Below are positions 1 to 12,558 of a stretch of 64,000 bases of DNA, one piece after another. Numbering within the stretch: position 1 is the stretch's first letter; every line of letters begins with the position of its first letter. A program made the translations under genes and the position numbers. The notes below the pieces were generated by a model that worked only from the letters and a program-made list of their open reading frames with translations, was not told the DNA's origin and ran no database searches. This stretch comes from Tubulanus polymorphus (taxonomy: Eukaryota > Animalia > Nemertea): positions 22,626,345 through 22,690,344 of the forward strand of contig NC_134028.1 in assembly GCF_964204645.1 (NCBI RefSeq), read 5' to 3'.

Positions 1-215
1 GTTAAAAATTAATCATCATAGGTGTTTGTAAAAAGAAAAGATTTCAATCTGGATTTCTCACGTTATCCATTATTCTAAAAAAAAAAACTAACATTAATAC
101 GTGGAGAAATATTACTAATTATTATAATGCAATGTTCAAACCCGTTAACGAAAGCTACAATAGCTGACATTAGAAGATAGGGATTGCTAAATTTGATTTA
201 AAGAATACTTAGTAC

Positions 216-2418
216 TTTGGTTGTTGTAGCCCCAGCCAGAAACCAGGCACGTAGTTTTATCTTTTGCCGAAACTGGTGTAATTTCTACCGCCTTTGTGTG
301 TTCGTTGAATTCGACTGGTCTCGATAATTTCACTATCATCACGTCGTTTCCTGCAAGAAACGCTTCTGTAGAATTGTCTCACGGTCGTTGGCGCCACCAG
401 AATTCAGTTCTACAGTTCTCTATTAGAATTTAGCTTATTGAAACATTGAAGCTAAATTGAAAACGAACTTAGACTCTGAAGACAAACTTTACCGTGAACC
501 ATAAAACTAGGTCCAGAAGTCAATTGCATGGTCGTGGATAACATTTTAGACCAGCTTCAGACTGATAATCTTCCTCAAGATTGAAAACCACTTTTGGACT
601 GAAGTCACGACTGTGCAACTGGGTACTAGATACGACATACACTGCTGTTTATATAGGGGTGTCTTAAAAACTCAACACAACTTGACTCCAAGAAAACCTA
701 CGTAGGTTTTGATTTTTTTTTGTGAATTCACATTACGCATCAAATTGTAAAATCCAAACAAAATATGAATGGGGCGAATTCTGATCACGAGCTCGATCTA
801 AACTAAACACCGAGAAGAAAAAATTCATTGACTCGCTACGAAAAATATCGACTTAAAGAGATCTAATCCTCGGTTTGATTGGATAAAACTGATGCAATCC
901 GATTATCAATCGCCGTGTTTATTTCGACGCACCTGTTTGCGGAGACCTGTAATTGGGATGTACGATTAACTTGTCGACCGAATGGATAAGCGAGGCCGGT
1001 ACATTCTTATTGAACGTAACACCGACCGCGACACTGTAGTCCCGACTTGCCCTGAAATTAAAATTCAAGTGTGTAACGACGTGAATTCTCCTGCAAATTT
1101 TCTCTCGAACGTGTCATTTCTTATTCGCGCATTTATCAATGTCCCATTATATTAGTTACACCTGCCGCGATCGGAGAAGTGAGCGTAGGCTCGAAAATAG
1201 GGAAATCTGTTACACGATGATCAGCCAAGGATTTGCTTACAAAATCTGTGGTTTTAATCGTAGTTTATACGAGCCACGATCGCGCGAACGTTTTTGGCCC
1301 GTGGCGGACTACGCCCGGGTCAACCGTTCTTTCCAATGCCCGATAGGTACGAACCGTGCCTGTTCGACACGGGTCAAATCGTCTCCGCTTAATCGTGGCA
1401 CTTACCCCAGCGCATAACAGTGAGCGGCCGTAAGAACGGTCGTAGAGTCGAGCAGAGTTCCGCCGCAAATGTGACGTCCATGATGACGAAGAGATACCTG
1501 CCACGGTAGGAATTTAATTTGAGCTCCCGTGCCTCCGGTTATACGCCAGTTACCAACCGCGATAACTCGTACATCAAAGAAAAAGAACAAGAGCAGTTTA
1601 TACAGAGATGAATCTGCAACCTTAATTTCTGCAATCCCGCACATATTCGATTACACTATTCACCGCAGCGGATTATCCACATTATACACGTGTTCAGTAC
1701 TTTCACCGAGGCATTTTCAATGGGGTGGGTACCCGCAAACCAGCTATCCCGCCAGATGGCGTGGCGAGTGGTTGGTTGTTTGTTGTCACCATTAGTTCAT
1801 TTTTCAATGAACTTTGAACTGACTTTTTAGACTCCCGAATCCATATATTATCACAGTACCCACAAAATATACGAAATAATTCATTCAGATTTGGATATAG
1901 TTTTTCATAAATGATTGATTCATTTAAGAGAAATTCAAGAAGTTCATTCCGATTCAATTGAAATGTAGAAGATATCGAACGCGGAAGACCAACCATCTAC
2001 TAGCGACACCTGGCGGATCCTCGACTGCCATACGTGTAATCCTCGATTGCCACGCAGTAGCACTGCGGGTACCCCCATTGAAAATTTACTTAAGACGCCA
2101 GATATTAGGAATTTGATGAGGACCCATTCAAAAGGTGTCCGAATGGGTGGCTTGATTCCTTGATTAATAATTTATCGCCTAAGACCTTTCTGATACACAG
2201 ACAGAGTCCGATTTATCGTCTTATTGTAGAGGCGATTAAAAGTGAATACATATTTAAACTCACGTTTCAATAACTCAATAATTTATCGGTCTCTATCAAT
2301 GTATATCCCGAAGATCTTGCGCTATTACTTATTAAACAAAGGTGTCGAATGATGTCTGGAAAATAATCTTACCCGCAACAATACACACCATTAACAGCAG
2401 AATAACGTGGCCGATCAT
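216..2418 (-). CDS. Trypsin-like (S1) serine protease, first 4 exons; gene continues beyond window start
   Basis: Exons 2418-2373 (signal peptide [15 protein letters not shown]), 1565-1406 (R|ITGG activation site, PWQVSL, CGGTL, LTAAHC catalytic His), ~1051-933 (VHPNY), 350-~216 (GNDVMIVKL catalytic Asp, CLVSGWG). GT-AG junctions keep the frame. The catalytic Ser exon is not in the window. Confidence 0.92.
1713..2085. mobile_element. MITE-like element in protease intron 1
   Basis: Imperfect TIRs ATTTTCAATGGGG..GTACCCGC / GCGGGTACCCCCATTGAAAAT. The internal sequence recurs inverted at ~3721-3940 and ~12818-13140. Confidence 0.7.
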
Positions 2419-3382
2419 TGCAATGTGATTTGTGACTGTCAACAGACGTTTAATTGATCAGAGGTAGTCTAGAAATCTGTTTGAGTCTTATCTGGGAACC
2501 TGACACATTTTCCTGTAAAGCAAACAGATAACGCATTGCGTTTTAATTGCAATTGACCGCGCGGCGGCCGTAACCGGGGTCGGTGACGTCACTACCTTAA
2601 ACTCCATCTCGGAGTCTGATCCAGACTCGACTTCCCAGAATCAACAGATAAGGGCAATTTTCAGCAAGAAAACGTAAAAGAGCGGCAGAACCAGATTATA
2701 ACTCTTGACGAAACACTGTCCGTGTTTTAATGGTTATATAGAATAAAATCCGACATTCAGAAAAGAAAAAAATGAGTCCGAAAATGTTAGCTTTTAGTTT
2801 GTTATTTATTTTCTTGATGTTTCGACAACATATGTTTATCTTTAGGAATACTGAAGCACGGGGGCTCGTATCAGAGTTGATACAACGATAATCTGTTAAT
2901 CCAGTGTCTACAATGTATATACAATAACGGATTATCGTTTTTACACTACCTACAACTCGGATACGCCCCTGTGTACTGAATGACTACTTCGAACGCCGCC
3001 TAATACTGGCAAGATTCGCTGAGAGAGATAGTAACATTGATGTAGATTTTGGAAGCTAAATTCACTAAACCCAGAGCAGTATCGGAAACAAAGAAAAACA
3101 GTGAAATACAGTTAAACCGAAACAAAGTAAATTCTATCAAACAAACAGTAAGAATCTTATGTTCCAAGCAAAAAGATCCAATAAAAAGGCTTTATATGTT
3201 CACATTAGAAAACTGTAAAGAATATGGTGTTTGAGTGGTCCTCTATGAATAATGGGGCTAATACATGTTTATTAATACTTTCAGACATCCATACATCCGT
3301 TTCATCAAAGGACTTCATTTAAGTTTCACCACAATTGTGTTATTATAACTAGTAAAAAAACACGTAGGTTGATCAGCTGCAT

Positions 3383-5914
3383 TCATTTCTTTTCAATGTT
3401 CACATTTCCAGATTCTATCGACCTTTTATTTTCGTCGGAAGTTATTTTAGTGTTTTTTACTGGCTCCACGGATCTCGTCGGTAGTTGAGCGATATTCTCG
3501 ACGAACGCCGTTTGGTTGTTGCGTCTGAATAAAGTCTTCGCTAAAGATGCGTTAAATTTATGCGTCAGTCCGAACGGAGTCAAGTGGTATATAAGAAAGT
3601 CTAACGTGTACATCAACTTCGGCGACACGTAGTGAAACGATATCGAATATTCCGAACAACAGTCGTGACCCTGAAAAAAATCAATCGAAGCGAAAGTTTA
3701 GATATTAAACAAAGCTGAAAGGGCATTTTGATGGGGTACTCGCACCCCTACTGTGGCAAGCGAGGATCCGCTAGGTGTCGCTAGTAGATTGGTCTTCCGC
3801 GTTCGATTTCTTCTACATTTCTATTAGATTTGAATGAACTTTTCTCTTAAATGAATCAATTATTTATGAAAACTATACCGATATCCGAGTAGAAGAATGA
3901 AAGTATTGTATATTTGATGGTGCTCTGATAATATATGGATTATGAGAGAAACATTAAGGGATGGGAGGAATTATGAATGTGGATAGTGGATGTGGATAGC
4001 GCCTTCAAAGGCACTCTCGAGAGAAACAGGTGATGATGACTTGAACAGAAATGTCTTGAGCTGTCTTTGAATGCTGGTAGATCAATATCACGAAGGTGTT
4101 AGAGATAGGTGCAATGCCCCAAATGCAAATCCTCCAAATGACTTCAGACGTGTGATATGGTCTAACTGAGAGGAGGTAATGTGACTAGGAGTGAAGTGTT
4201 TGGACTGGTCTGGTAAACTGTTAAAAAAGGCTAGAGAAGTAAGATTGTGCCGGGCTCTGGAGGTGTTTGGACACAAGTAAAGCGACTATCAGTATCCGTG
4301 TATAAAGCTACACGGTTTTCAGCTTCCGATTTTGATGGCTTTAATATAAACATCTATCAGATTCCGTTCTTCCAAACCTGGGATAAATTGGAAAATATTT
4401 TTTTACATATTGTGTCCTCAGAACACTTATGTATATATGCATTACGACGTCAAGTGTTTGACAAACCTGATGCACACACCAGATGTTTCAAAAATGTAAA
4501 ATTAGTTAATTTTCTAATCAAATTTGAACTAGATTTCTAGTCTAAAGTAAACCAAAACATCAAGTCGATATAACTTCGATCTTCTTACTAGGCGCATATT
4601 TCAACGAAAATTGATAAGCTAAAGGGAAACGTTTGATCCGATTATAATTGATGTAGAAGCAATTCGAGCCCAGTTACTACTGGCGAACCTTGCGGATACG
4701 GATTCTTGCTTGCCACATATACCGGTACATCGTTGAATAAGACATTCAGAAGATAGTGGCTAGGAAATACCGTTACATCGATAACTGATGTCACAATATT
4801 TACCTTTTTGTTGCCGTATTTTGTAAACCATAAATACCAGGGTGGGTATCCACCGTGAATATGAGTCGCAGGGCTGAACGGATGAAATGCTTCTCGTCCA
4901 AGGGTATCTATCGATAGGCCCAGTTTTACTCCCAGTGTTTGCATACACTTTCCCATAGCTACGTCCTCAGCGCCGAAATCTTTCGCGCATTTGTCGTTTT
5001 TCTGCCCGTCCTCTACCAATCTGCGCAAAGCCTCGTTACTCAGAACGTAAGCTGCCCCACCACTAGTGTAGCCTTGAGCTACTCGAGTTTTGAAAGTATG
5101 TCCGAAAAAGACTGGTGTCGTCGGCTTATGATGCGCTAACATATAACGAAGGTTTTCGACAATAACGTACGTGTCATCATCAGCTTTTAGAAACCAATCA
5201 GCTTTATCACGATAGTGTTTATAAGCGTAGGCAAAAGCGCCCATTGTCTTTGCAGTGAGGTGTTGGCGTCCTTCCGATGTGTTCACTTTAACCGTCGGAA
5301 ATTTATTGTTTTCTTCGCTGCTTATGAATAACCAAATGTTACATCGTTTAATCCACGTATCGCGCACCGCTGTAGCTTTAGTCGGAAGATTTGTCGGAGA
5401 CGTCATCACCCAACATAGAACTCGCACTCCGTCGTAGAGCTTCTGCGCCAGATCCTTATTTTCCATATCTCTGGTTCGAGCGAGAACTGAAATGTGATTC
5501 GAAAGGAAAGTTACTATAGAGGGCTTTATTTCATTTAAGAACCAGTTCATTGTGCTTTTACATTCGATGCTTCGATTTAAGTAAGAAACGTTGATCTCTG
5601 TATATTAGAAATGAACGCGTTCAATCGACGCTAAGTAGAATGTTTGATGCCAGATGTGTTATACAATACCCGAGTCATCCACTAGTTCGCCTTCATGCAA
5701 TATCTCTTTGAACTGCGCAGTCATATCTAAGAAGCAACAGATTTTAGAATTTTGAAAGTTTATCACACGATTGACGACGGTGGTTACCTCATCATTCTTA
5801 CTTACATCGCGACTCGAACACCGATAAGGGTAGCCTATTGCCAAACAGCAAATAACAGCAGATAAATGCAGCCGATAGCGTAATCAATACTGTAAATACT
5901 TTCCGTATTACCAT
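3383..5914 (-). CDS. C1GALT1: Core 1 beta-1,3-galactosyltransferase (T-synthase, GT31) paralog 1, 4 coding exons
   Basis: Exons 5914-5806 (type II TM anchor), 5726-5670, 5486-4804 (VRVLCWVMT, DWFLKADDDTYVIVENLRYML, SGGAAYVLS, EDVAMGKCM), 3670-3383 (CCSEYSISFHYV). Motifs are typical of C1GALT1. Confidence 0.92.
3721..3940. mobile_element. Partial copy of the 1713-2085 MITE family in C1GALT1 paralog-1 intron 3
   Basis: Reverse-complement match to ~1840-2085 and near-identical to 12818-13040; interrupted near 3940 by LINE-derived sequence. Confidence 0.7.
3960..4280 (-). mobile_element. Degenerate 3' end of an L2-clade LINE
   Basis: Minus-strand translation across frameshifts gives TRLKSFGGFAF...LRDIDLPAFKRQLKTFLFK, resembling the L2 ORF2 C-terminus (GxRAF...FKxxLKTxLF), followed by a short-repeat tail (ATCCAC). 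Confidence 0.6.
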
Positions 5915-6254
5915 CTTTAGTTTATACTGTTCATAGAATAAACCCTACAGCTTTCTCCATACGAATACACATATGTATGTAAACTATTGGTTTAAACAGT
6001 TCCGAGGACTGAAATGCAACACATTTTTTCTATTGTTAGCAAATCAACCGTAAGACCATTGTCACTTATCTTAGTCGCATAGTCGTCAAATTCAATGTTA
6101 TCTCTAGATAAAATTGCCATCTGTTCAACACTGCACATATGTGTGTTTATCACGGTCATTGGATAATCAACACTTCACAGGTGTACAGTACGTTAGTCCT
6201 GGCCACTGAGTTTGGAGTCCGGGTCAGTCTGGGTCTTTCAGACATCAGTTCCCT

Positions 6255-6580
6255 GTAACCCCCCCCCCCCCACCACCCTCCCAAATATGATTTCACACCA
6301 AAATTCAATAAAACACTTGTTTTCATGTTGAAAAACTGAGTTATCAAAAATTCTTATTTGCCATGGTGATTTACACAATATTCACATTGGATAATCTCTG
6401 ACTTTAACCAAGCTATACGTGCATAAAAATGACATTATCCTGTCACTTTAAGCAGGTAACATGCATAGAAAATAACATTTCCGTAGTTTTGAATATTTCT
6501 ATGAAGAGATATAGTTTAAAAGTAAAAGTGAAATATCTGTATACCCTAAATATTATTATAAAAAGTTTTATCTGTTCTTA
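6255..6580. repeat. Dispersed repeat, internal part of the element at 37976-38476
   Basis: TGATTTCACA...AATATTCAC.TTGGATAATC...GTGCATAAA.ATGACATTAT...ATTTCTATGAAGA is shared with ~38040-38345. Confidence 0.75.
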
Positions 6581-7021
6581 TTTCACAGGCACAGCCCCTA
6601 GGGCTTGGGGTTGTCCTTTTTGTTTATGCACCTATTCAATTATATCTTAAGAATTATGTTTATAATGTGCGTATTATAAATAAAAAAAATAGTAATCATA
6701 AAGGATGATAATGAGATGCAGCAGTCTATTTTCAGAGTTCTTTCCAGATTCCTGACCTCAGCATGAATGTCCCATCGTCAGCAAATGATACGCGAACGGA
6801 ATTAAAGTTGATCCGATAAAAAAAAAAGAAAACCACTTCTTCTTTTCACATATTCGAAGTTTATTTTCGCATTCACAGAGACGAGTAATACTTTATAGGT
6901 TCAGTATTTTGTTTGATGGACAAGCTTTCGCAACTAGTATATATTACCTTCATTCCACCTGATCAAGCTACTATACACAAAGTAGCGAAAGGTCATGCGT
7001 CAAATAAAGTACAGAACCTAT

Positions 7022-7257
7022 AGCCGCGATCACACGGAGACGATTTGGCCCGGGCCAAATTGGCACGGATCAGGCTCGGGCCAAATTTGGCCCGTGCCTA
7101 ATTAGAGAGCGCGTTCACACGCAAAGCATTCACTCGATACTAAACAATGCTCAAACAAAGCGAAGTGGATCATTTCCGGTGCCAGTTGTAATTCAAACGC
7201 AATCATTTATCTGGTGCTAAAATTTGGCTCGGGCCAAAAATGCGTGTGATCGCGGCT
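7022..7257. mobile_element. MITE (PIF/Harbinger-like)
   Basis: Perfect 15-bp TIR AGCCGCGATCACACG / CGTGTGATCGCGGCT, flanked by TAT on both sides (3-bp TSD); internal TTTGGCCCGGGCCAAA-type palindromic repeats. Confidence 0.8.
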
Positions 7258-8507
7258 TATATAGTACTTACTACACGTCTACATTCACTCACATTCTACA
7301 CCCGGTTACACGCGGCTCCTCTACGAAAAATAATTTATGTAGAGCTTATTCTTATTTACGAATTCGAGTATTTTACGATATCTACGTGTATTTACCCTAA
7401 CCCAACGAGCGAGAATGAATATCAATCAAACACATAATACGTTTAAAATTTTAGCTAACGAGTTTTACAGTAACGAAATTCAGTAAACATGCAGGCTATG
7501 ATGATACGTGATACGATATGGCGATATAAAATTACTGGATCCAGTTTTACGGTTGTATGAGTTAGATTCCACTGAAGGACCGCCGAACTTGATCCATCGT
7601 CAATAAGACTTAGCAAAAAGATTTCATCGCTTGCCAGGGTTTGATTGACGCCGTCAATCAAACTCTGGCAAGCGAGGATGCTTTATCGTAATGCACAAAT
7701 TCTCAAGTGAACTAGCCGAATGAGTTTCGCTCGGCTAAACAGTTTCCCAGCATTCGAAAATCGAGTCAATCGAATTGACGCCGCACAATGAGATATGGAT
7801 GGCTCACAGCTGTTGAATTGTTCCTGAATAGGAGAGATAATGGCGGCCGTCTGAAAATTAAAATCACGGTGAATAGTTCCTGAGAATGCATACGTACATT
7901 GATAATACCAGTTATGTACATATAGAAACAAATACAGTGTCGACATGAACGACGTGGTTAACGTACATGTAATCTAAACCCGCGATCATAAGAAGAATAA
8001 AACCCGTTGTGTCTAACGTTACGGCAGGGGAAGCTTCTGCTCATTTTGTCAGAAAGAAATCGATTACTTTTGAGGAACAATAACCTTTCTGAATATGGAC
8101 AAAAGTATTCTACCCAAAACGCTGCGAGGAAACGAGTTCAATTTTCCTACCATCGCGGGTTTTAGTTCAACAACAACGACTAAAGACTGCTACGCGTGTA
8201 TCGTGGTACAATCTATAATCATAAAACCGAAAATGTTGAAGATTGTTTAAGAAAATTAGTCCAAATGATTTTTATGCTTCTACCCATCTTCAGAGATTTA
8301 TTTGAAGAGGTTTTATTTCTGATGAATTATTTTCTTTTTCAAAAAAAATCTTTAAAGATGGGCAGAAGTATTAACCAAATGTTAGTTGGACTAATTTTCG
8401 TAATAAATCGTCAATATTTTCGGTCTAATAAACGCACTTTAATAGATTGTCACTAGTCTGATTTGTATTCGACAATCTAGTCATGGATGGGTTCCGCGAA
8501 TAGAATG

Positions 8508-10632
8508 CTAATCGCTTGTTATCGCGCAGATTCTTTTTTCGTCCAGTTCTGTCGGCATGTTACAAGCCGAAAGCAAATTTTCCAAGGTCGCCCGACCGTA
8601 TTGGCGCCCCAGTTCGTCCGGGCAACGGGTCGTGTTGTAGCCCATACAGAAACTCATTCGACCGTCGATCGTGCACACGTTGTGGTAGCACAGTTTCGAG
8701 CTGAGATTCTTGTCGGAGGCCGTGTAGACCAGACCGTCGAACGCGACCCGATGCGGCGAGTCGACGGCGGCCGCGTGGTCCAGGTGGAAATTACCGCGAT
8801 TCGATACGCAGAACGGATGCGCTAACGGTAGCGGGTTCAGTCGTTGTTTCAACCTGATCAAATAATCGCCCAAAGCGTTGATAACGACGGTAAACGCGAT
8901 GATATTCTCGCGCAGTTTCGCGAAGTGGGTGCCGCTTTTGATATGCTTTTTCACGGCGTTCGACGCGTTTTGCGCTTGCGACCAGAAATTCGCGGCCGTA
9001 TTCGCGCTCGGTACCCGCACGGGAAGGTCGCACAGTACGACCATGAAATTGACGTTCTCGCCGTCGACGGGCGGCTCCATAAACCGTCTCATACTGACGT
9101 TATAGGACGACTCTATCAGCGTCGATTCGTCTCGCGGTATCCATCCGCGTTTTCTCATCACATCGACCAGCGCGAACGAAGCCGCCGAGTTAAAAGCGCC
9201 GAATATCGTCGCGTCGTTTCGCTTCACAGTTTCGACGATCTCGCGAGTTTCCTCTTGCGTGAACTGATACGAAAATATGTGCGGTTCGAGCGGGTTTGTC
9301 GCGTCGCGTCTCGTGGCGGTGGCTTTTTCGGCGAAGATCTCGCCGATTCTAGTCGCTCCGGCGCACAACTTCGACATGACCGTTATCACTAGCGGTCCAG
9401 GCAACGACGTAAACAGCTTCAGCATTATCCGCAGAACGCGAGGGATTTCGACGGAACAATTAGCTATATGTTCGATCGACGACAGAAGCGGTAGAGACGT
9501 TACCGAAACGTCGTTACCCGCTAGTAACTGTTCGACGTATCGCACGAACGCGCTAAACACGGTAACCGTAGTAACGCCATCTATCGCGCTATGGTGGAAC
9601 GAAAAGATAAGCGGAGTTGTCCAACTGTCGTCGTCGTCGTTGTTTTTTACGCTTTCGAACATTTTCAGTCGCCAGTTCGGCTGGCCGCTCGCAAACGGCG
9701 TAAACAAAGCCGATCTGAACTCGCGTCTCCAATCTCCGTGGTCGAATACTTCTAAATCGATGACGTCATCGCGATCTAGTTCTTCGAAGTATCCCTCGTA
9801 GCCGTCTGGCCCGCGCTGCAGAATCGTAGTCATGCGCAGTAACGGGTGTCGTCGGCTGATTTTACGCATCGCTTTCTCGACTACGTCCGGCGACAGCGGC
9901 GCGCCGCGCGTGCGCACGAACACGGCGTTCGAAACGACGGAACTTTGAAGTTGTTTCATGCTGAACTCGAAAATCAATTCTAACGGTCCCATTTTCCGTC
10001 GCAAGCGACCTTGAAAATAGTAAACGAAAATAATTTCGCTCGAAGACGTATTTTTAAAAACCAACAATATAGACGAATTAATTTAACGATCATAAAAAAT
10101 CAGTTTGACGTTTCGGATAAATGTTTTCTATCAATTTACAGAGATTTACTTTTTATAAATCTCGTGAAAATAAAATAAAAAGTAATAAGTACTAAGATTT
10201 CTCGGTATATGAACTTACTTTGGACTCGTAATCAGTAATCTATTCGAAACGCCAACGTAACAACTTGTTTTAGTTGCTGTTCGTGAATTCTTAATGCAAC
10301 TGCTATTAGACTATAGTAAAACTGATTTCAACACGATTGAAAATCATTTGCTTTGGATCAATCTTACATACACCATCTAAGCACCCTCGATATCACTGTT
10401 TTTCGTTAAAACGGCGTATATGAAAATGAAAAACCGATATCGTATCGTGTTTTACGCACAATAGAATTTGACGATACCCGAACGAAATTGGCTCCGACGT
10501 ACCTGGTTTTGGGTTATTCGTATCGTTGTCGGTCCGTTCGTCGTAGAGTTTCTTTCTTTTACGAAACCAACGCAAAGCCACTCCGGCGCCCAACATGAAC
10601 GATGCGATCAGTATATTCAGCGATGTTGACAT
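8508..10632 (-). CDS. Membrane-anchored CoA-dependent acyltransferase (NRPS condensation-domain / alcohol O-acetyltransferase / PapA5-like fold), 2 exons
   Basis: Exon 1 10632-10503 (MSTSLNILIASFMLGAGVALRWFRKRKK: hydrophobic anchor plus basic stop-transfer) is spliced in phase 1 to exon 2 10009-8508. It has RRHPLLR, the catalytic HHSAIDG (HHxxxDG), ATIFGAFNSA, VSMRRF and SNRG motifs. Confidence 0.85.
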
Positions 10633-12558
10633 CGTGTGCGGCGTCCAGACTAACCTATGTATCGAATCTCTGATCAAACCGATACAGTTTCGGGGAGAGA
10701 AGTTCGTCTGAAAATGCGCTGGACAAGTAGGCCGTACCGTGTTTTATACTAAACATGTCAAAATAATTTGTAAGCCCGCAATGTGATCAAGATGAACCGA
10801 GGGACCTTTGGTTCGTTACTATTTTTTGACGTCGGGCGCGCTAACCTTTTTTGCGCCGTTGATATAATAAACGCATAATCGCTTCGCTTGTTTGTAAAGA
10901 AAATCGTCGTCAATCAATCGCGGGTAGGGAAATTAAGTGCAATTAATGATTCACGTGAGATATCATTGCATTATTTGAATTGACACGTATTGATTGTTTA
11001 CGCAACTGGCGTGCCCGTTAACGGAATTATAACGAGCGCGCGATCGCTGACGTTTGAAATATATCAAAATGAAGAAAAAACTGCCCGATTCAAGTTCTCG
11101 ACATTTCAACCGCCCGCGTTTCTGGAGACAATACTTCAAACAGGCGCCGCTGTTCGCCATAAATAATTGCCTTGTCAAAACGGATTCGAATTGAAATCGG
11201 CGAAGTCACCTCCAATAAGCCTAATGGGCCTTCTAGTGTAATACAGGGCATTTTCGGGGGGAGGGGGGGCATTACGCGCACGAACCTTGTCGCTATTTTC
11301 CCACAGACGCCACCGACAGTTCTACATACAAGGTGGATTTATAAGCAATACGTCGTTTAGATAACCCACAAACAAAAGAAAATAGAGAATAGCATATTCG
11401 AAATGATATATTTTCGACTGAAACAACTGCCACGTCGCAGGCATATATATCATATACGTATATTTCTTGCATGGTCGTGCGAATGTAAGTCGGAACTACC
11501 GTCTTTTTGGCCGCGCCGTTCACTATAGATTTCAATATCGTGAAAAGAAAATGATCATTCATAACTTCCTTCTACGCGTATATTCGCGCGTATAAAAATC
11601 ATCGGAAGTTTTGTATTCGTAAGAAAAGACGGCGTTGTCTCGTGTCTGGAATGACGGCTCGAAATGCACTCGGCGATACTTTGATTAGTCTGTAAATCTC
11701 GTGGTTCAGATAAGTGTGACAGCGAACGAAAAAACTCGGTTCGCTTACGTAAGTGCGTAAACCGAATAACCTTGATTAAAAATTCGAAAAAAAACGTTCC
11801 TCTGAAGATATATACACCACAATAACAAAAATATTATTCGTAAGGAGCGTTAGTTATTGTTATTCATCATCTTTTCAGATATGATAAAAAGATGTAGACG
11901 TCTTCGTCCATTAGTTATTATCCCTAATGTAAAAAGACATGTCGAATATAAGAAAAATATGTCAATAGTCAATATCTATTCCGACTTACTTATTTTTTCA
12001 TTTCGTTTTGTTTGGTTTTTTGCATCCTTACTTTCTCAATTATGATTATTTTTTTCTTCACTTTTTAAGGTGGCATTATTTTACAAGCTTAGGCTTTACT
12101 TTGGCAGCCTTGCTTTTGTATTGAAATTATTCATAACCCATTAGACTATTATATATTGTAACGTATTTTTTCTATGTATAATGTTTCTATGTTCATATGT
12201 ATTTCGATTCATCAAGAAATAAAGGATATCAATATCAACATTGAAGAATGTAAACAGATAATGAATAGACGTTAGAATACTACTATAAAAAAGTTTAAAA
12301 ACTAAAATTCAATTGAAAACTGAAATAAAAAAGAAACGATGTTTCGAACGATCAGTATTAGATAGAAATCAGAATCCAATTGCAAGTTAGAACTTAAAAC
12401 TGTAGAAGCGGGCCCAGACGAAGTTCCGGATCTTACTAGAACTTGAATTATCCTTATTTTCCTTTTTTCAGTATAAACTTTATTTCTTTTGTTGCACTTT
12501 GACGTTTTTAGATTCTATTGACTTTTTTTATCTTTTCATCGGATGATGTTTTAGTGAC

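Noticed and set aside
8487-9801. Long plus-strand ORFs (112-182 aa) overlapping the acyltransferase
   Set aside because: Antisense shadows of a GC-rich coding exon; no recognisable motifs.
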